A stretch of DNA of 50,528 nucleotides from positions 1-50,528 of the forward strand of contig CAZOQG010000001.1 in NCBI GenBank assembly GCA_964582065.1, given 5' to 3'. Below are positions 7,806-16,527 of the stretch, one piece after another; position 1 is the stretch's first letter; each line of letters opens with the position of its first letter. Below the pieces are notes generated by a model. The model was given only the letters and a program-made list of their open reading frames with translations. It was not told where the DNA came from and searched no databases. This DNA comes from an uncultured Dehalococcoidales bacterium (GTDB lineage Bacteria; Chloroflexota; Dehalococcoidia; GIF9; UBA5629). The position numbers were made by a program, and so were the translations under genes.

Positions 7806-8225
7806 ATGAAGATTGAGAAGATTGACCACGTTGCCATTTTGGTAGAAGACGTGGAGAAAGCCGAGAAGTTCTTCGCCGATTTGTTCGAAACCAAGTTCGC
7901 CGCCCTTGGGGAAGTGAAAGAGATGGATATAACAAGCATGATGGAACCCTCAGGCATAGAAATAATTCAGCCTCTTTCTCCAGATGGGGTAAGCGCTAGA
8001 ACACTGAAGAACCGGGGAGAAGGATTATCGCTTCTCTCGCTAAAGGTGTCAAACCTTAATGAAGCCATGGCTGAAATGAAATCCCGAGGCATCAGGCTTA
8101 CAGGGCAAGTGCAAAGCGGGGGAATGAGGGCAGCAATATATCATCCCAAAGATGCATACGGTGTGATGATTGAGCTGATTGAATACGAAACCGAGCACCC
8201 TGCTGTTACTGCCGGAAAGCAATAG
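7806..8225 (+). CDS. VOC (glyoxalase / methylmalonyl-CoA-epimerase-like) family protein
   Basis: MKIEKIDHVAILVEDVEKAEKFF... and ...AIYHPKDAYGVMIELIE give the typical paired beta-alpha-beta-beta-beta signature. RBS AGGAGG at 7792-7797. Confidence 0.8.
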   Translation: MKIEKIDHVAILVEDVEKAEKFFADLFETKFAALGEVKEMDITSMMEPSGIEIIQPLSPDGVSARTLKNRGEGLSLLSLKVSNLNEAMAEMKSRGIRLTGQVQSGGMRAAIYHPKDAYGVMIELIEYETEHPAVTAGKQ

Positions 8226-8260
8226 CAGAATGCCCCTTTTTGATGGACTGTTTATATACT

Positions 8261-8323
8261 TGGCAGCGAAACCATCAAGCTAAAAACCAAACGTCGTGGG
8301 TTCAAATCCAACCCCCGCTACCA
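8261..8323 (+). other. tRNA 3'-half-like remnant (T-arm, acceptor 3' strand and CCA); not a complete tRNA
   Basis: GTGGGTTCAAATCCAACCCCCGCTACCA ends at 8323. TGGCAGCG (8261-8268) can pair with CGCTACCA (8316-8323). No D-arm or anticodon arm could be drawn. Confidence 0.4.
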
Positions 8324-8350
8324 AGTCTATGAATACGCAGAACCTCCCTG

Positions 8351-8512
8351 GAGGAAGTCGCGGCTCTTATTGCTCTAAAGCTTGGCCAGGCTGTTAGCGA
8401 AGAAGAGGTCATTCAGTTCTGCAAACAAAGGATGGCCGCATACAAGCGTCCTCACTCTGTGATCTTTGTGGGAGGAATAGAAGCGTCCAGAAGAGAACTG
8501 AAGGAGCCTTGA
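8351..8512 (+). pseudogene. C-terminal fragment of an AMP-dependent acyl-CoA synthetase
   Basis: Translates to EEVAALIALKLGQAVSEEEVIQFCKQRMAAYKRPHSVIFVGGIEASRRELKEP*, the characteristic C-terminal subdomain (..FCK.RLAAYK.P..V.FV..). The frame is closed by TGA at 8330-8332, so about 90% of the gene is missing. Confidence 0.65.
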
Positions 8513-8549
8513 CGTCGGTTATGATCTCGTTCAGATAGATGGGTGACAC

Positions 8550-8577
8550 TTGATAAGAGATGAAAGGACAGTATAAT
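8550..8577 (+). promoter_or_regulatory. Near-consensus sigma-70 promoter with no obvious gene downstream
   Basis: TTGATA (8550-8555), 16-nt spacer, TATAAT (8572-8577). It is followed by GC-rich hairpins (GGCAG-catc-CTGCC and the palindrome CGGCGCGCCG) and the second T-arm-like 13-mer. Confidence 0.4.
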
Positions 8578-8771
8578 GGCTGCGCCATGAGTGTATATGG
8601 CAGCATCCTGCCAGGAGCGGCGCGCCGGGCAAGCACTGCGGACCACATCAAAATCGCCACTGGGTTCAAATCCTCCGAACACTAACATAGCGGATCTCGG
8701 AGATATAACTGTGACGGCGATTCGTGATTCACACCGACCAACAGTTGACAGTAACCGAAGCCGACTACCCC

Positions 8772-8819
8772 TTGACAAAAACTTGCTAGTTGTGATATAT
8801 TGACCAACCAGTCGATCAA
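8772..8819 (+). promoter_or_regulatory. Promoter and candidate operator of the TetR / ABC operon
   Basis: TTGACA (8772-8777), 18-nt spacer, extended -10 TGaTATATT (8793-8801). An imperfect inverted repeat TTGACCAAC-ca-GTCGATCAA (8800-8819, 7 of 9 positions per half-site) lies directly downstream. Confidence 0.5.
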
Positions 8820-8854
8820 TCACGCTCTTTGAGTTAAATTAGAGGTCGGCTGTC

Positions 8855-9502
8855 GTGGTTGCGAGGGCTACGATTCGGACTTACAGTGTAGACAGTGATC
8901 TAGTTGCGACGCGCAGACAGCAAATAGCTGTGGCTGCTGCCCGTGTGCTGGTTAAGAAGGCATTTGACAGGACAACTGTCCGAGAGATAGCCAAGGCCTG
9001 TGGTGTGTCCTCAGGGACGATCTATCACTACATCGGCTCAAAGGGAGATATCATCGACCTAGTTCTTAGTCACGGTGAAGCTCACTACAAACAGTTCTTT
9101 GAGAAAGCAGATGTCTATCTCAAGACATTGAATCCGACTCAGGCTTTGAAACAGACAATTGAAGATTTCTACCGAAAACTCGACGGGCGCCAAGATTTTG
9201 CGCTTTTCTGCTACCAAGAAGCGAAGAACATGTCACCAAGGCAGCTGGGGACTTTGTTAGACTGGGACAGGAGTGTTGTGGATGTATTTGGCAGGCTGCT
9301 AGACAAGGGATGTGCCTCTGGCGAATTCGTCATAGATGATGTCAGGCTGGTTGCTAACCGCATTGTTAGCGACAGTGCAATGTGGGCAGTAAGGCGGTGG
9401 TTTCTTAGAGAACACTGCACACTGGAAGAGTACATAGGCCAAGAGATCCAGTTTATTCTTAGAGCAATAAGTCGAGATAAAGGCATGTACAATGAAGGGT
9501 GA
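8855..9502 (+). CDS. TetR/AcrR family transcriptional regulator
   Basis: HTH segment TVREIAKACGVSSGTIYHYIGSKGDII. GTG start behind AGAGG. Overlaps the next gene by 11 nt. Confidence 0.9.
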   Translation: MVARATIRTYSVDSDLVATRRQQIAVAAARVLVKKAFDRTTVREIAKACGVSSGTIYHYIGSKGDIIDLVLSHGEAHYKQFFEKADVYLKTLNPTQALKQTIEDFYRKLDGRQDFALFCYQEAKNMSPRQLGTLLDWDRSVVDVFGRLLDKGCASGEFVIDDVRLVANRIVSDSAMWAVRRWFLREHCTLEEYIGQEIQFILRAISRDKGMYNEG

Positions 9503-10313
9503 TGCCAAAATAAAGCTAGAAAATATCTATATGAAGTTTGGTGGCTTGACGGCTCTTGACAATGTGACTGTGGAGGTCAAGAGAGGAGAGATTCTTGCTA
9601 TTATCGGTCCGAATGGGGCTGGCAAAACAGTATTGCTCAACTGCATTAGCGGGTTCTATCACCCGCAGGAGGGGAACATTTACTTCGAGGGGGAAAAGAT
9701 AAACAGCAAACGAGCCCACGAGAGGGGCAGAATGGGGCTTGCTAGAACCTTCCAGAACATTGAGCTTTACAGTGGACTGACTAGTGTGGAGAACTTGATG
9801 GCAGCTAGGCAAGGTTTGATGAAGTCCAATTTCCTGGCCAATGCTCTTTACTTCGGGCCAACACATAAAGAGGAGGTAGAGCATCGCCGCATAGTTGAGG
9901 ATATTATTGACTTCCTCGAGATGGAAGCCATAAGGGATAGCGTGGTGGGTGTCCTGCCCTATGGCTTGAGGAAAAGGGTTGAGTTGGGAAGAGCCCTTGC
10001 CCTAGAACCCAAGGTGCTTCTGCTAGATGAGCCAATGGCAGGCATGAATCTGGAAGAGAAGGAAGACCTTTGCCGGTTTATCATTGATGTGTATGAGGGG
10101 CAGGGGAACATGTATCCCGACACCCCAACCCTGCGAGATGGCGTCGATACTATAGTCCTCATTGAGCATGATATGGGGGTGGTTATGGGCATAGCCGATA
10201 GGATAGTTGTGCTTGACTTCGGTCATCTGATAGCTGAGGGCACTCCCGATGAAATCAAAACCAACCCTGCAGTAGTCAAAGTCTACCTGGGAGAGGAGGC
10301 TTCTTCGGATTAG
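9492..10313 (+). CDS. ABC transporter ATP-binding protein, LivG-like
   Basis: Walker A GPNGAGKT, signature YGLRKRVELGRAL, Walker B LLLDEPMAG and a LivG-type C-terminus NPAVVKVYLGEE. Confidence 0.9.
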   Translation: MKGDAKIKLENIYMKFGGLTALDNVTVEVKRGEILAIIGPNGAGKTVLLNCISGFYHPQEGNIYFEGEKINSKRAHERGRMGLARTFQNIELYSGLTSVENLMAARQGLMKSNFLANALYFGPTHKEEVEHRRIVEDIIDFLEMEAIRDSVVGVLPYGLRKRVELGRALALEPKVLLLDEPMAGMNLEEKEDLCRFIIDVYEGQGNMYPDTPTLRDGVDTIVLIEHDMGVVMGIADRIVVLDFGHLIAEGTPDEIKTNPAVVKVYLGEEASSD

Positions 10314-10334
10314 GGCCGCAGCACCCTCTTAGGC

Positions 10335-12245
10335 ATGGTTATGATAAATACCGACACACCGATTTACGTCATCCCCAGACTCCTGATCAGAAACGCTGAA
10401 AAATGGCCAGACAAAGTGGCTATGCGCAAGAAGGACCGCGGTGTCTGGCACGAGTATACCTGGGGAGAAGTACATCGTAAGATCAAGGAACTGTCTCTCG
10501 GTTTCATGGCTTTAGGTTTGGAGAAAGGTGATAAGGTAACCTTTATCGGCGATAGTGAGCCCCAGTTGGAGTGGGGCATTCTTGCTGTTCAATCAGCAGG
10601 AGGGCTGACTGCCGGAGCGTATTCCGATTCAATTCCCTCTGAGCTGAAATACATAGTTGAGCATTCTGATTCCAAATTCGCCATAGCTGACGACCAAGAA
10701 CAATGTGACAAATTCATTGAGCTGAAGAACGAACTGCCGGGGCTAAAGAAGGTCATATATTGGGATCCCAAGGGGTTGGCTCATTATCATGACCCACTTC
10801 TGACGAGCTACGATGAGCTTATGGAGATGGGCAAGAAATACGAACAAGCACATCCCACAGCGTTTGAGGATAGCGTGACGTCAATAAAACCCGAGGATTT
10901 TTGTTCTTTATATTATACATCAGGGACTAGTGGCTTACCAAAAGGAGCCATGATGAGCCACAGGAACTTAATAAAGTTCGGCCAAGGGACTGTCTATAAA
11001 TGCACGGTCACCCCCGATTATAACTTCGTCTCCACTGCGCCAACAGCTTTTATTGGGGCAAGCTTTGTCGCTTCGATACCATGTTTGTTAACCGGAGCCA
11101 CATTGAATTACCCCGAGGAGGTTGAGACTCTTGTCCATGATATTAGGGAAGTGGGCCCTCAGCTATTAGCAAGCATGCCCAGGATGTGGGAAGCTATGGT
11201 TGCTACCACAGAGATGAAGGTAATGGATGCCGGCTTTTTGAAGCGGCTTACTTATAGTCTGTTCCTTCCGGTGGGGTTTAAGCAAGCTGAGTTGAGTTAC
11301 TCCAAGCAAAGGCCAAACCTATTCTGGCGCTTACTCATTTGGCTCGGTGAAGCAACTCTATTTAGACCGCTCAAAGATAAGCATGGCTTATTAAATGCTC
11401 AGGTTGCCATTACTGGGAGTGCTGCCATGAGTGTTGACACCTTCAGATTCTGGCGTGCCATGGGCATTTCGCTGAGGCAGATATATGCAGGCACTGAAGC
11501 CGGATACATAAGCGGGCACGATACGGGCGACATCAAGGACGACACGGTCGGGACGCTTGTTCCTGACGTGGAAGTGCGTGTTAACCATAATGGAGAGCTT
11601 TTAGTTAGAAGCGAAAGCATGTTCAGGGGTTATTACAAAGACCCAGAGAAAACTAAGGCTTCGATAAAGGATGGGTGGTTCTATACCGGTGATGCGGGAC
11701 ACATTACTGAAGATGGCCATATCATTTATCTGGATAGGGTGGCTGACCTTGCTGAGATGGCCAGCGGTGAAAGATATGCTCCCGGATACATCGAGGGGCG
11801 GTTGAGATATAGCCCTTACTTGAAGGATGCCATAGTTCTGGGCGATAACAGGGATGTGGTTTCTGCTATATTAATCATCAATTACGACAATGTTGGGCGG
11901 TGGGCAGAAAAACGCCATATCGCCTATACCACCTTTGCTGATCTATCTCAGAAACAAGAGGTGGCGGGCCTGATCAGGCAAGATATAGACAGAGTGAATC
12001 GATATCTACCTGAAGGGGCGAGATTGAAGAAGTACGTTTTGTCACATAAGGAGTTTGACCCAGATGAGTCTGAATTGACCAGAACACAGAAGTTGAGGCG
12101 GAGCTTTGTAGAACAGCGATACAGGGAAATAGTAGATGCTATCTATAGTGGCAGAGAAGAGGTTATGGCAGAGGCAACAGTGACCTATCAGGATGGCAGA
12201 AAAGGAGTAACCAAGACCGCGGTAAGAATAAGGAGTTGTACATAG
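10335..12245 (+). CDS. AMP-dependent acyl-CoA synthetase (long-chain-fatty-acid-CoA-ligase-like) embedded in the ABC operon
   Basis: Motifs YYTSGTSGLPKGAM, YAGTEAG, GWFYTGDAG and a conserved C-terminal lysine region (TRTQKLRR). Confidence 0.9.
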   Translation: MVMINTDTPIYVIPRLLIRNAEKWPDKVAMRKKDRGVWHEYTWGEVHRKIKELSLGFMALGLEKGDKVTFIGDSEPQLEWGILAVQSAGGLTAGAYSDSIPSELKYIVEHSDSKFAIADDQEQCDKFIELKNELPGLKKVIYWDPKGLAHYHDPLLTSYDELMEMGKKYEQAHPTAFEDSVTSIKPEDFCSLYYTSGTSGLPKGAMMSHRNLIKFGQGTVYKCTVTPDYNFVSTAPTAFIGASFVASIPCLLTGATLNYPEEVETLVHDIREVGPQLLASMPRMWEAMVATTEMKVMDAGFLKRLTYSLFLPVGFKQAELSYSKQRPNLFWRLLIWLGEATLFRPLKDKHGLLNAQVAITGSAAMSVDTFRFWRAMGISLRQIYAGTEAGYISGHDTGDIKDDTVGTLVPDVEVRVNHNGELLVRSESMFRGYYKDPEKTKASIKDGWFYTGDAGHITEDGHIIYLDRVADLAEMASGERYAPGYIEGRLRYSPYLKDAIVLGDNRDVVSAILIINYDNVGRWAEKRHIAYTTFADLSQKQEVAGLIRQDIDRVNRYLPEGARLKKYVLSHKEFDPDESELTRTQKLRRSFVEQRYREIVDAIYSGREEVMAEATVTYQDGRKGVTKTAVRIRSCT

Positions 12246-12255
12246 GGGGCAACAC

Positions 12256-13131
12256 GTGACATTCTTTTTGCAATGTGTTTTGAGTGGTATAAGTGCCGGA
12301 GCCGTATACGGCCTGGCGGCATTAGGTTTTGTCCTGATCTACAAGACAACAGGGATTTTGAATCTTGCCCAGGGTGCGCTCATAATGCTTGGCGGTTACT
12401 TGTTTTCTTCGCTAGCGCTACAGATGGATCTGCCTATATGGCTTGCCATTTTGCTAAGCCTCTTGATAATGGGTGCTTTGGGGTATTACGTGGAACGGTT
12501 CCCGTTACGCCCTATGCTTGGTCAGCCTCACCTGGCAATAATAATGGTAACCCTTGCCCTTAGTATCTTCTTTAGTGCCATCGTGACCTCAGTCTGGGGT
12601 GAATATGCAGTTATGCCGACCCCTTACTTCTTACCTGCAGGGGCAGTTCAAATAGGCGAGATGGTAATTACGTCAAACCTCTTCTGGTCATTCATAATAG
12701 CCGGGGCTATTGTAGGTGCCTTTATTCTTTTCTTCCAGTTCAGCAGGCTAGGGCTCAACATGAGGGCTACTGCTGAGGGTCACCAGATAGTGCGAAGCAT
12801 GGGAATAAGCGTAAGCGCTATTATCGCCGTGACCTGGGCCATTGCTAGCATCATCGGCACAACTGGAGGAATTCTCACCGGGCAGATCAGAGGCGTTGAC
12901 TATTGCCTAGCTGACTACGGGCTGAAAGCCATAGGGGGAGCTATCCTCGGTGGCCTGGACTCTATTCATGGTGCCATAATTGGTTGCCTCATAGTTGGGG
13001 TCCTGGAGACCCTGGCTGGCGGTTATATCGGTCACGGGATAAAGGACGTCTTCCCCTATATTATTCTGGTCATAGCCATAGTAATCAAGCCTTACGGTCT
13101 GTTCGGCTTGGAAAGGATAGAGAGGGTATAA
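12256..13131 (+). CDS. Branched-chain-amino-acid-type ABC permease, LivH-like
   Basis: 291 aa polytopic protein (AGAVYGLAALGFVLIYKTTGILNLAQG). GTG start behind AGGGGG. Confidence 0.9.
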   Translation: MTFFLQCVLSGISAGAVYGLAALGFVLIYKTTGILNLAQGALIMLGGYLFSSLALQMDLPIWLAILLSLLIMGALGYYVERFPLRPMLGQPHLAIIMVTLALSIFFSAIVTSVWGEYAVMPTPYFLPAGAVQIGEMVITSNLFWSFIIAGAIVGAFILFFQFSRLGLNMRATAEGHQIVRSMGISVSAIIAVTWAIASIIGTTGGILTGQIRGVDYCLADYGLKAIGGAILGGLDSIHGAIIGCLIVGVLETLAGGYIGHGIKDVFPYIILVIAIVIKPYGLFGLERIERV

Positions 13132-13133
13132 AA

Positions 13134-14189
13134 ATGGCTCTGCCTTGTGGTACTTACAACACCAGATACGAACAGGCGTTTGCCATTTTTCGCACTAAAA
13201 CCCACTGGGCGATGCTACTGGGACTGCTTGTTCTTCTCGCCATGCTCCCCTTTCTTTTGGACTCGTATTTTATGACTGTTATTAATATGATGTTAATCAT
13301 GATTATTGCTGTTCAAGGTCTCAATATCGTAACTGGTTACTGTGGACAGATACACTTTGGGCAGGCTGCCTTTATGGCAGTAGGGGCTTATAGCTCTGCC
13401 CTGCTTATGAATCACTTCGGGCTTTCCTTCTGGCTTTGTCTGCCTTTGGCCGGCATCATAGCGGCTCTCGTCGGCATACTCTTCGGGCTGCCTTCGGTGC
13501 GGGTTAAGGGAATTTATCTGGCTCTGGTTACATTAGCAGCTCAGTTCATCATTATCTATGTGATTGAGACCCCTCTCCAATGGCTAACGGGGGGGCAGTG
13601 GGCTCTGGATACTCCAGCCCCCCAACTATGGGGCTTTGTATTTAATACACAGATAGAGCTCTTCTATCTCATTGCTGGTATCACTGTTCTGATGACATTT
13701 TTTGCCAAGAACCTGGTGCGCACCCGGGTGGGCAGGAACTTCGTTGCCGTGAGAGACAACGATATAGCGGCCGAGGTTATGGGGGTTAATATCATGCGCA
13801 CCAAGGTTCTCGCCTTCGCGATTGCCTCTTTCTACGCCGGAGTGGCTGGTTCATTATGGGCTCATTACACCCAGGCGTTCACAACGACTGACTTTAACCT
13901 TATGCAGTCTATATGGTTTGTAGGCATGCTGATTGTGGGCGGTATGGGTACTATCGTCGGCCCCATACTGGGCACTATGTTTATCACGCTTCTGGATCAG
14001 TCGGTGCTCATGTTCACACCAACGATGGCTGCAACATTGCCCATGCTAACAGTAGCACAAATCTCTTCAATAGCGATGTTTGCCTTTGCTTTAGTCATCA
14101 TTGTATTCCTCGTCTGGGAGCCCAGGGGTTTGGCTCACAGATGGGAGATTCTTAAGATTTCCTATCGCTTATGGCCATTTGCATACTAA
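13134..14189 (+). CDS. Branched-chain-amino-acid-type ABC permease, LivM-like
   Basis: ATG 13134 lies 2 nt after the LivH-like stop. The ORF-track extension from 12984 overlaps LivH and is not coding. Typical motifs QGLNIVTGYCGQIHFGQAAFMAVGAY and RVKGIYLALVTLA. Confidence 0.9.
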   Translation: MALPCGTYNTRYEQAFAIFRTKTHWAMLLGLLVLLAMLPFLLDSYFMTVINMMLIMIIAVQGLNIVTGYCGQIHFGQAAFMAVGAYSSALLMNHFGLSFWLCLPLAGIIAALVGILFGLPSVRVKGIYLALVTLAAQFIIIYVIETPLQWLTGGQWALDTPAPQLWGFVFNTQIELFYLIAGITVLMTFFAKNLVRTRVGRNFVAVRDNDIAAEVMGVNIMRTKVLAFAIASFYAGVAGSLWAHYTQAFTTTDFNLMQSIWFVGMLIVGGMGTIVGPILGTMFITLLDQSVLMFTPTMAATLPMLTVAQISSIAMFAFALVIIVFLVWEPRGLAHRWEILKISYRLWPFAY

Positions 14190-14276
14190 ATTCAAGAGGA
14201 GGTGATATAAAGAGAGAAAAAGGACATTAGGATAAGAGGACAGGTTCAAATCAAGGATTATTAAGGAGGTTGAAAG

Positions 14277-15599
14277 ATGAAAAGAAGAAGTAGTTTTGCT
14301 TTTGTGGTTGTGATGAGTTTAGCATTGTTAGCTTTGCCTGTGATGACCGGTTGCGCACCGAAAGAGGCCGCTCCTTCACCAGCAGCACCAGCAGCAACAG
14401 AAGTTGTTAAGCCGGAAAGCGTTGGGATAGCTGCATTTGTCGACATGACTGGGCCTCTCCGTGCCATGTCATATCCAGGACATGTGGGCTACATAACCTA
14501 TTGGAGATGGCTTAACGAGACAGAGGGGGGGATTGATGGTGTGCCGATAAACTACATTGAGATTGACACCGTCTATGATATCAAGAAGATGCGCTCCGGC
14601 TACGAGCGGTATAAGGACGAAATAGTCACCTGTGAAGCGCAAGGGCAAAGTCCTTTCTATGACAGTCTAATGCCAAGGTTGGTCGAGGACAAGATACCGG
14701 CTTATTGCAGCATTGGTGGTTCTGATGCCTTTCTTTATCCCTCAACGAGTTGGCTTTATGGCGCCATCAATACGGCTGACCTTTTTGGGACTTACGCGCA
14801 GTGGGCTTTGGAGAATTGGACGGAGGACAGGAAACCGAGGGTAGCCATGCTGTTGGGTGACTATCCTGGCGGTAGGTTCCCACTATTCTGTCCCCCATAC
14901 CTGGAGTCCTTAGGTATGGAGGTCGTGGCTACGGAGCTTGTGCCCGTCAGAGGCTTAACCAGTACCATGGACCAGTTGCTCAGGATTACTAAGGCCAAGC
15001 CAGACTTTGTTTTTACCACCATAGTTACCAACCAGTTGGTGATAGTGCTGGATGAACTGCATGGCATGGGAATAGAGTTGGGGCCGAGAGAGCAGGGCAA
15101 GGATTTTGAGCTCTTTACTTCCTATGGGTTCGATCAAGATATGAGGGCAGCAATGCGCCCTGAGAACTGGGACGGTCTCATAGCCTCCGACAATTCGTGG
15201 GATTTCCAGAAATATGGCGATCCCGACTACCCATTCTATACGCTGATGGTGGACAAGTATATGGAGTACTATGATGTGCCCCAGGAGCGCCTTGCCCCCT
15301 CCATCGCCGGATTCTATGGCGGAATGATTATGGCAGAGGCGATAAGACTGGCGGCAGAAGAGGTAGGCTGGGAAAACCTGACCGGCGAAGCAGTTGGCCT
15401 TTATGGTTACCCCAATGTCAAGAATTTTGATACTGGCCTTTGCCCTCCGGTAACCTTCAGCAAGGATGACGGACGCCTGCAGGCTGGCTATCTGTTCCGA
15501 ACATACGAAGATGGGTCAACAGAGGACTTATGGGTCTATACGAAGATGCCATGGGTCTTTAAGTGGCTTGATGAGCAGGGTTTTCCTATTACTGACTGA
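14277..15599 (+). CDS. ABC substrate-binding lipoprotein (type-I periplasmic binding fold, Liv-like)
   Basis: Signal peptide with lipobox LLALPVMTGC, 440 aa. RBS AAGGAGG upstream. Lies between the permease and ATPase genes. Confidence 0.85.
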   Translation: MKRRSSFAFVVVMSLALLALPVMTGCAPKEAAPSPAAPAATEVVKPESVGIAAFVDMTGPLRAMSYPGHVGYITYWRWLNETEGGIDGVPINYIEIDTVYDIKKMRSGYERYKDEIVTCEAQGQSPFYDSLMPRLVEDKIPAYCSIGGSDAFLYPSTSWLYGAINTADLFGTYAQWALENWTEDRKPRVAMLLGDYPGGRFPLFCPPYLESLGMEVVATELVPVRGLTSTMDQLLRITKAKPDFVFTTIVTNQLVIVLDELHGMGIELGPREQGKDFELFTSYGFDQDMRAAMRPENWDGLIASDNSWDFQKYGDPDYPFYTLMVDKYMEYYDVPQERLAPSIAGFYGGMIMAEAIRLAAEEVGWENLTGEAVGLYGYPNVKNFDTGLCPPVTFSKDDGRLQAGYLFRTYEDGSTEDLWVYTKMPWVFKWLDEQGFPITD

Positions 15600-15626
15600 G
15601 TAAGCCTCGACCTGCGCAGGTGAGAA

Positions 15627-16421
15627 GTGCTGAAGATAAGTAATGTTGAGGTTACTTACGTCGACGTCATCCTCGTCTTGAGGGGGATTTCGCTACAGGT
15701 CGAAGACGCAAGTATTGTCGCCCTGCTAGGTGCCAATGGCGCTGGCAAGAGCACTACCCTCAAGGCCATATCCGGTCTGCTCCACACTGAAGAGGGAGAG
15801 GTAACCAGAGGCACCATTGAATTCGACGGGCACAGGATAGACAGGTTGAATCCCGAGCAAACGGCTAAGATGGGGATTATTCAGGTTGTGGAAGGCCGGC
15901 AGTTGCTCGAGCACCTGACCGTCGAGGAGAACTTGCATGTGGGAGGCAGTGTCTACAAAGGTGGAAGCAAGATGAGACAAGATCTAGACATGGTCTACGA
16001 TTACTTCCCCAAGCTCAAGATGCTCAGGAAGAGCACCAGCGGCTACCTGTCCGGCGGGGAGGGCCAGATGCTAGTGATGGGACGAGCCTTGATGGCACAT
16101 CCCAGACTTCTGCTTCTGGATGAACCTTCGCTAGGCCTGTCTCCCGTTCTGGTTAGGGAGATATATACGATAATAGGGAGAATCAACGACGAGGACAAGA
16201 CCTCAATCCTGCTGGTGGAGCAGAACGCGAAAGCGGCACTACGCATTGCTGAATACGGATACGTCATGGAGAATGGGAGAATAGTGCTTGATGGCCCGGC
16301 CGACGACCTCATAGACAATGAGGACATAAAGGAGTTCTACCTTGGTCTGAGTCAAGTGGGTGGGAAGAAGAGCTTTCGCGACGTGAAGCACTATAAGCGA
16401 AGGAAGAGATGGCTAGCGTGA
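15627..16421 (+). CDS. ABC transporter ATP-binding protein, LivF-like
   Basis: Walker A GANGAGKST, signature LSGGEGQML, Walker B LLLDEPSLGL and IKEFYLG. Confidence 0.9.
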   Translation: MLKISNVEVTYVDVILVLRGISLQVEDASIVALLGANGAGKSTTLKAISGLLHTEEGEVTRGTIEFDGHRIDRLNPEQTAKMGIIQVVEGRQLLEHLTVEENLHVGGSVYKGGSKMRQDLDMVYDYFPKLKMLRKSTSGYLSGGEGQMLVMGRALMAHPRLLLLDEPSLGLSPVLVREIYTIIGRINDEDKTSILLVEQNAKAALRIAEYGYVMENGRIVLDGPADDLIDNEDIKEFYLGLSQVGGKKSFRDVKHYKRRKRWLA

Positions 16422-16527
16422 GGTAGATGGTTGTCTCCCAGGGCTGTGCACGGACATGAGCTAGTCAACGGACCTGGACGGAAATTCAGAACAAAGCTCA
16501 GTAACTAAACCCAGCACGGAGGTAAGA

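Noticed and set aside
8261-8323. An intact tRNA gene.
   Set aside because: Only a T-arm (with one mismatch), a 3' acceptor strand and CCA are present. The 63-nt span has no D-arm or anticodon stem-loop, so it is reported only as a remnant.
12984-13133. A 50-codon N-terminal extension of the LivM-like ORF.
   Set aside because: It overlaps the 3' end of the LivH-like gene in another frame. ATG 13134, immediately after the LivH stop, gives a typical LivM N-terminus.
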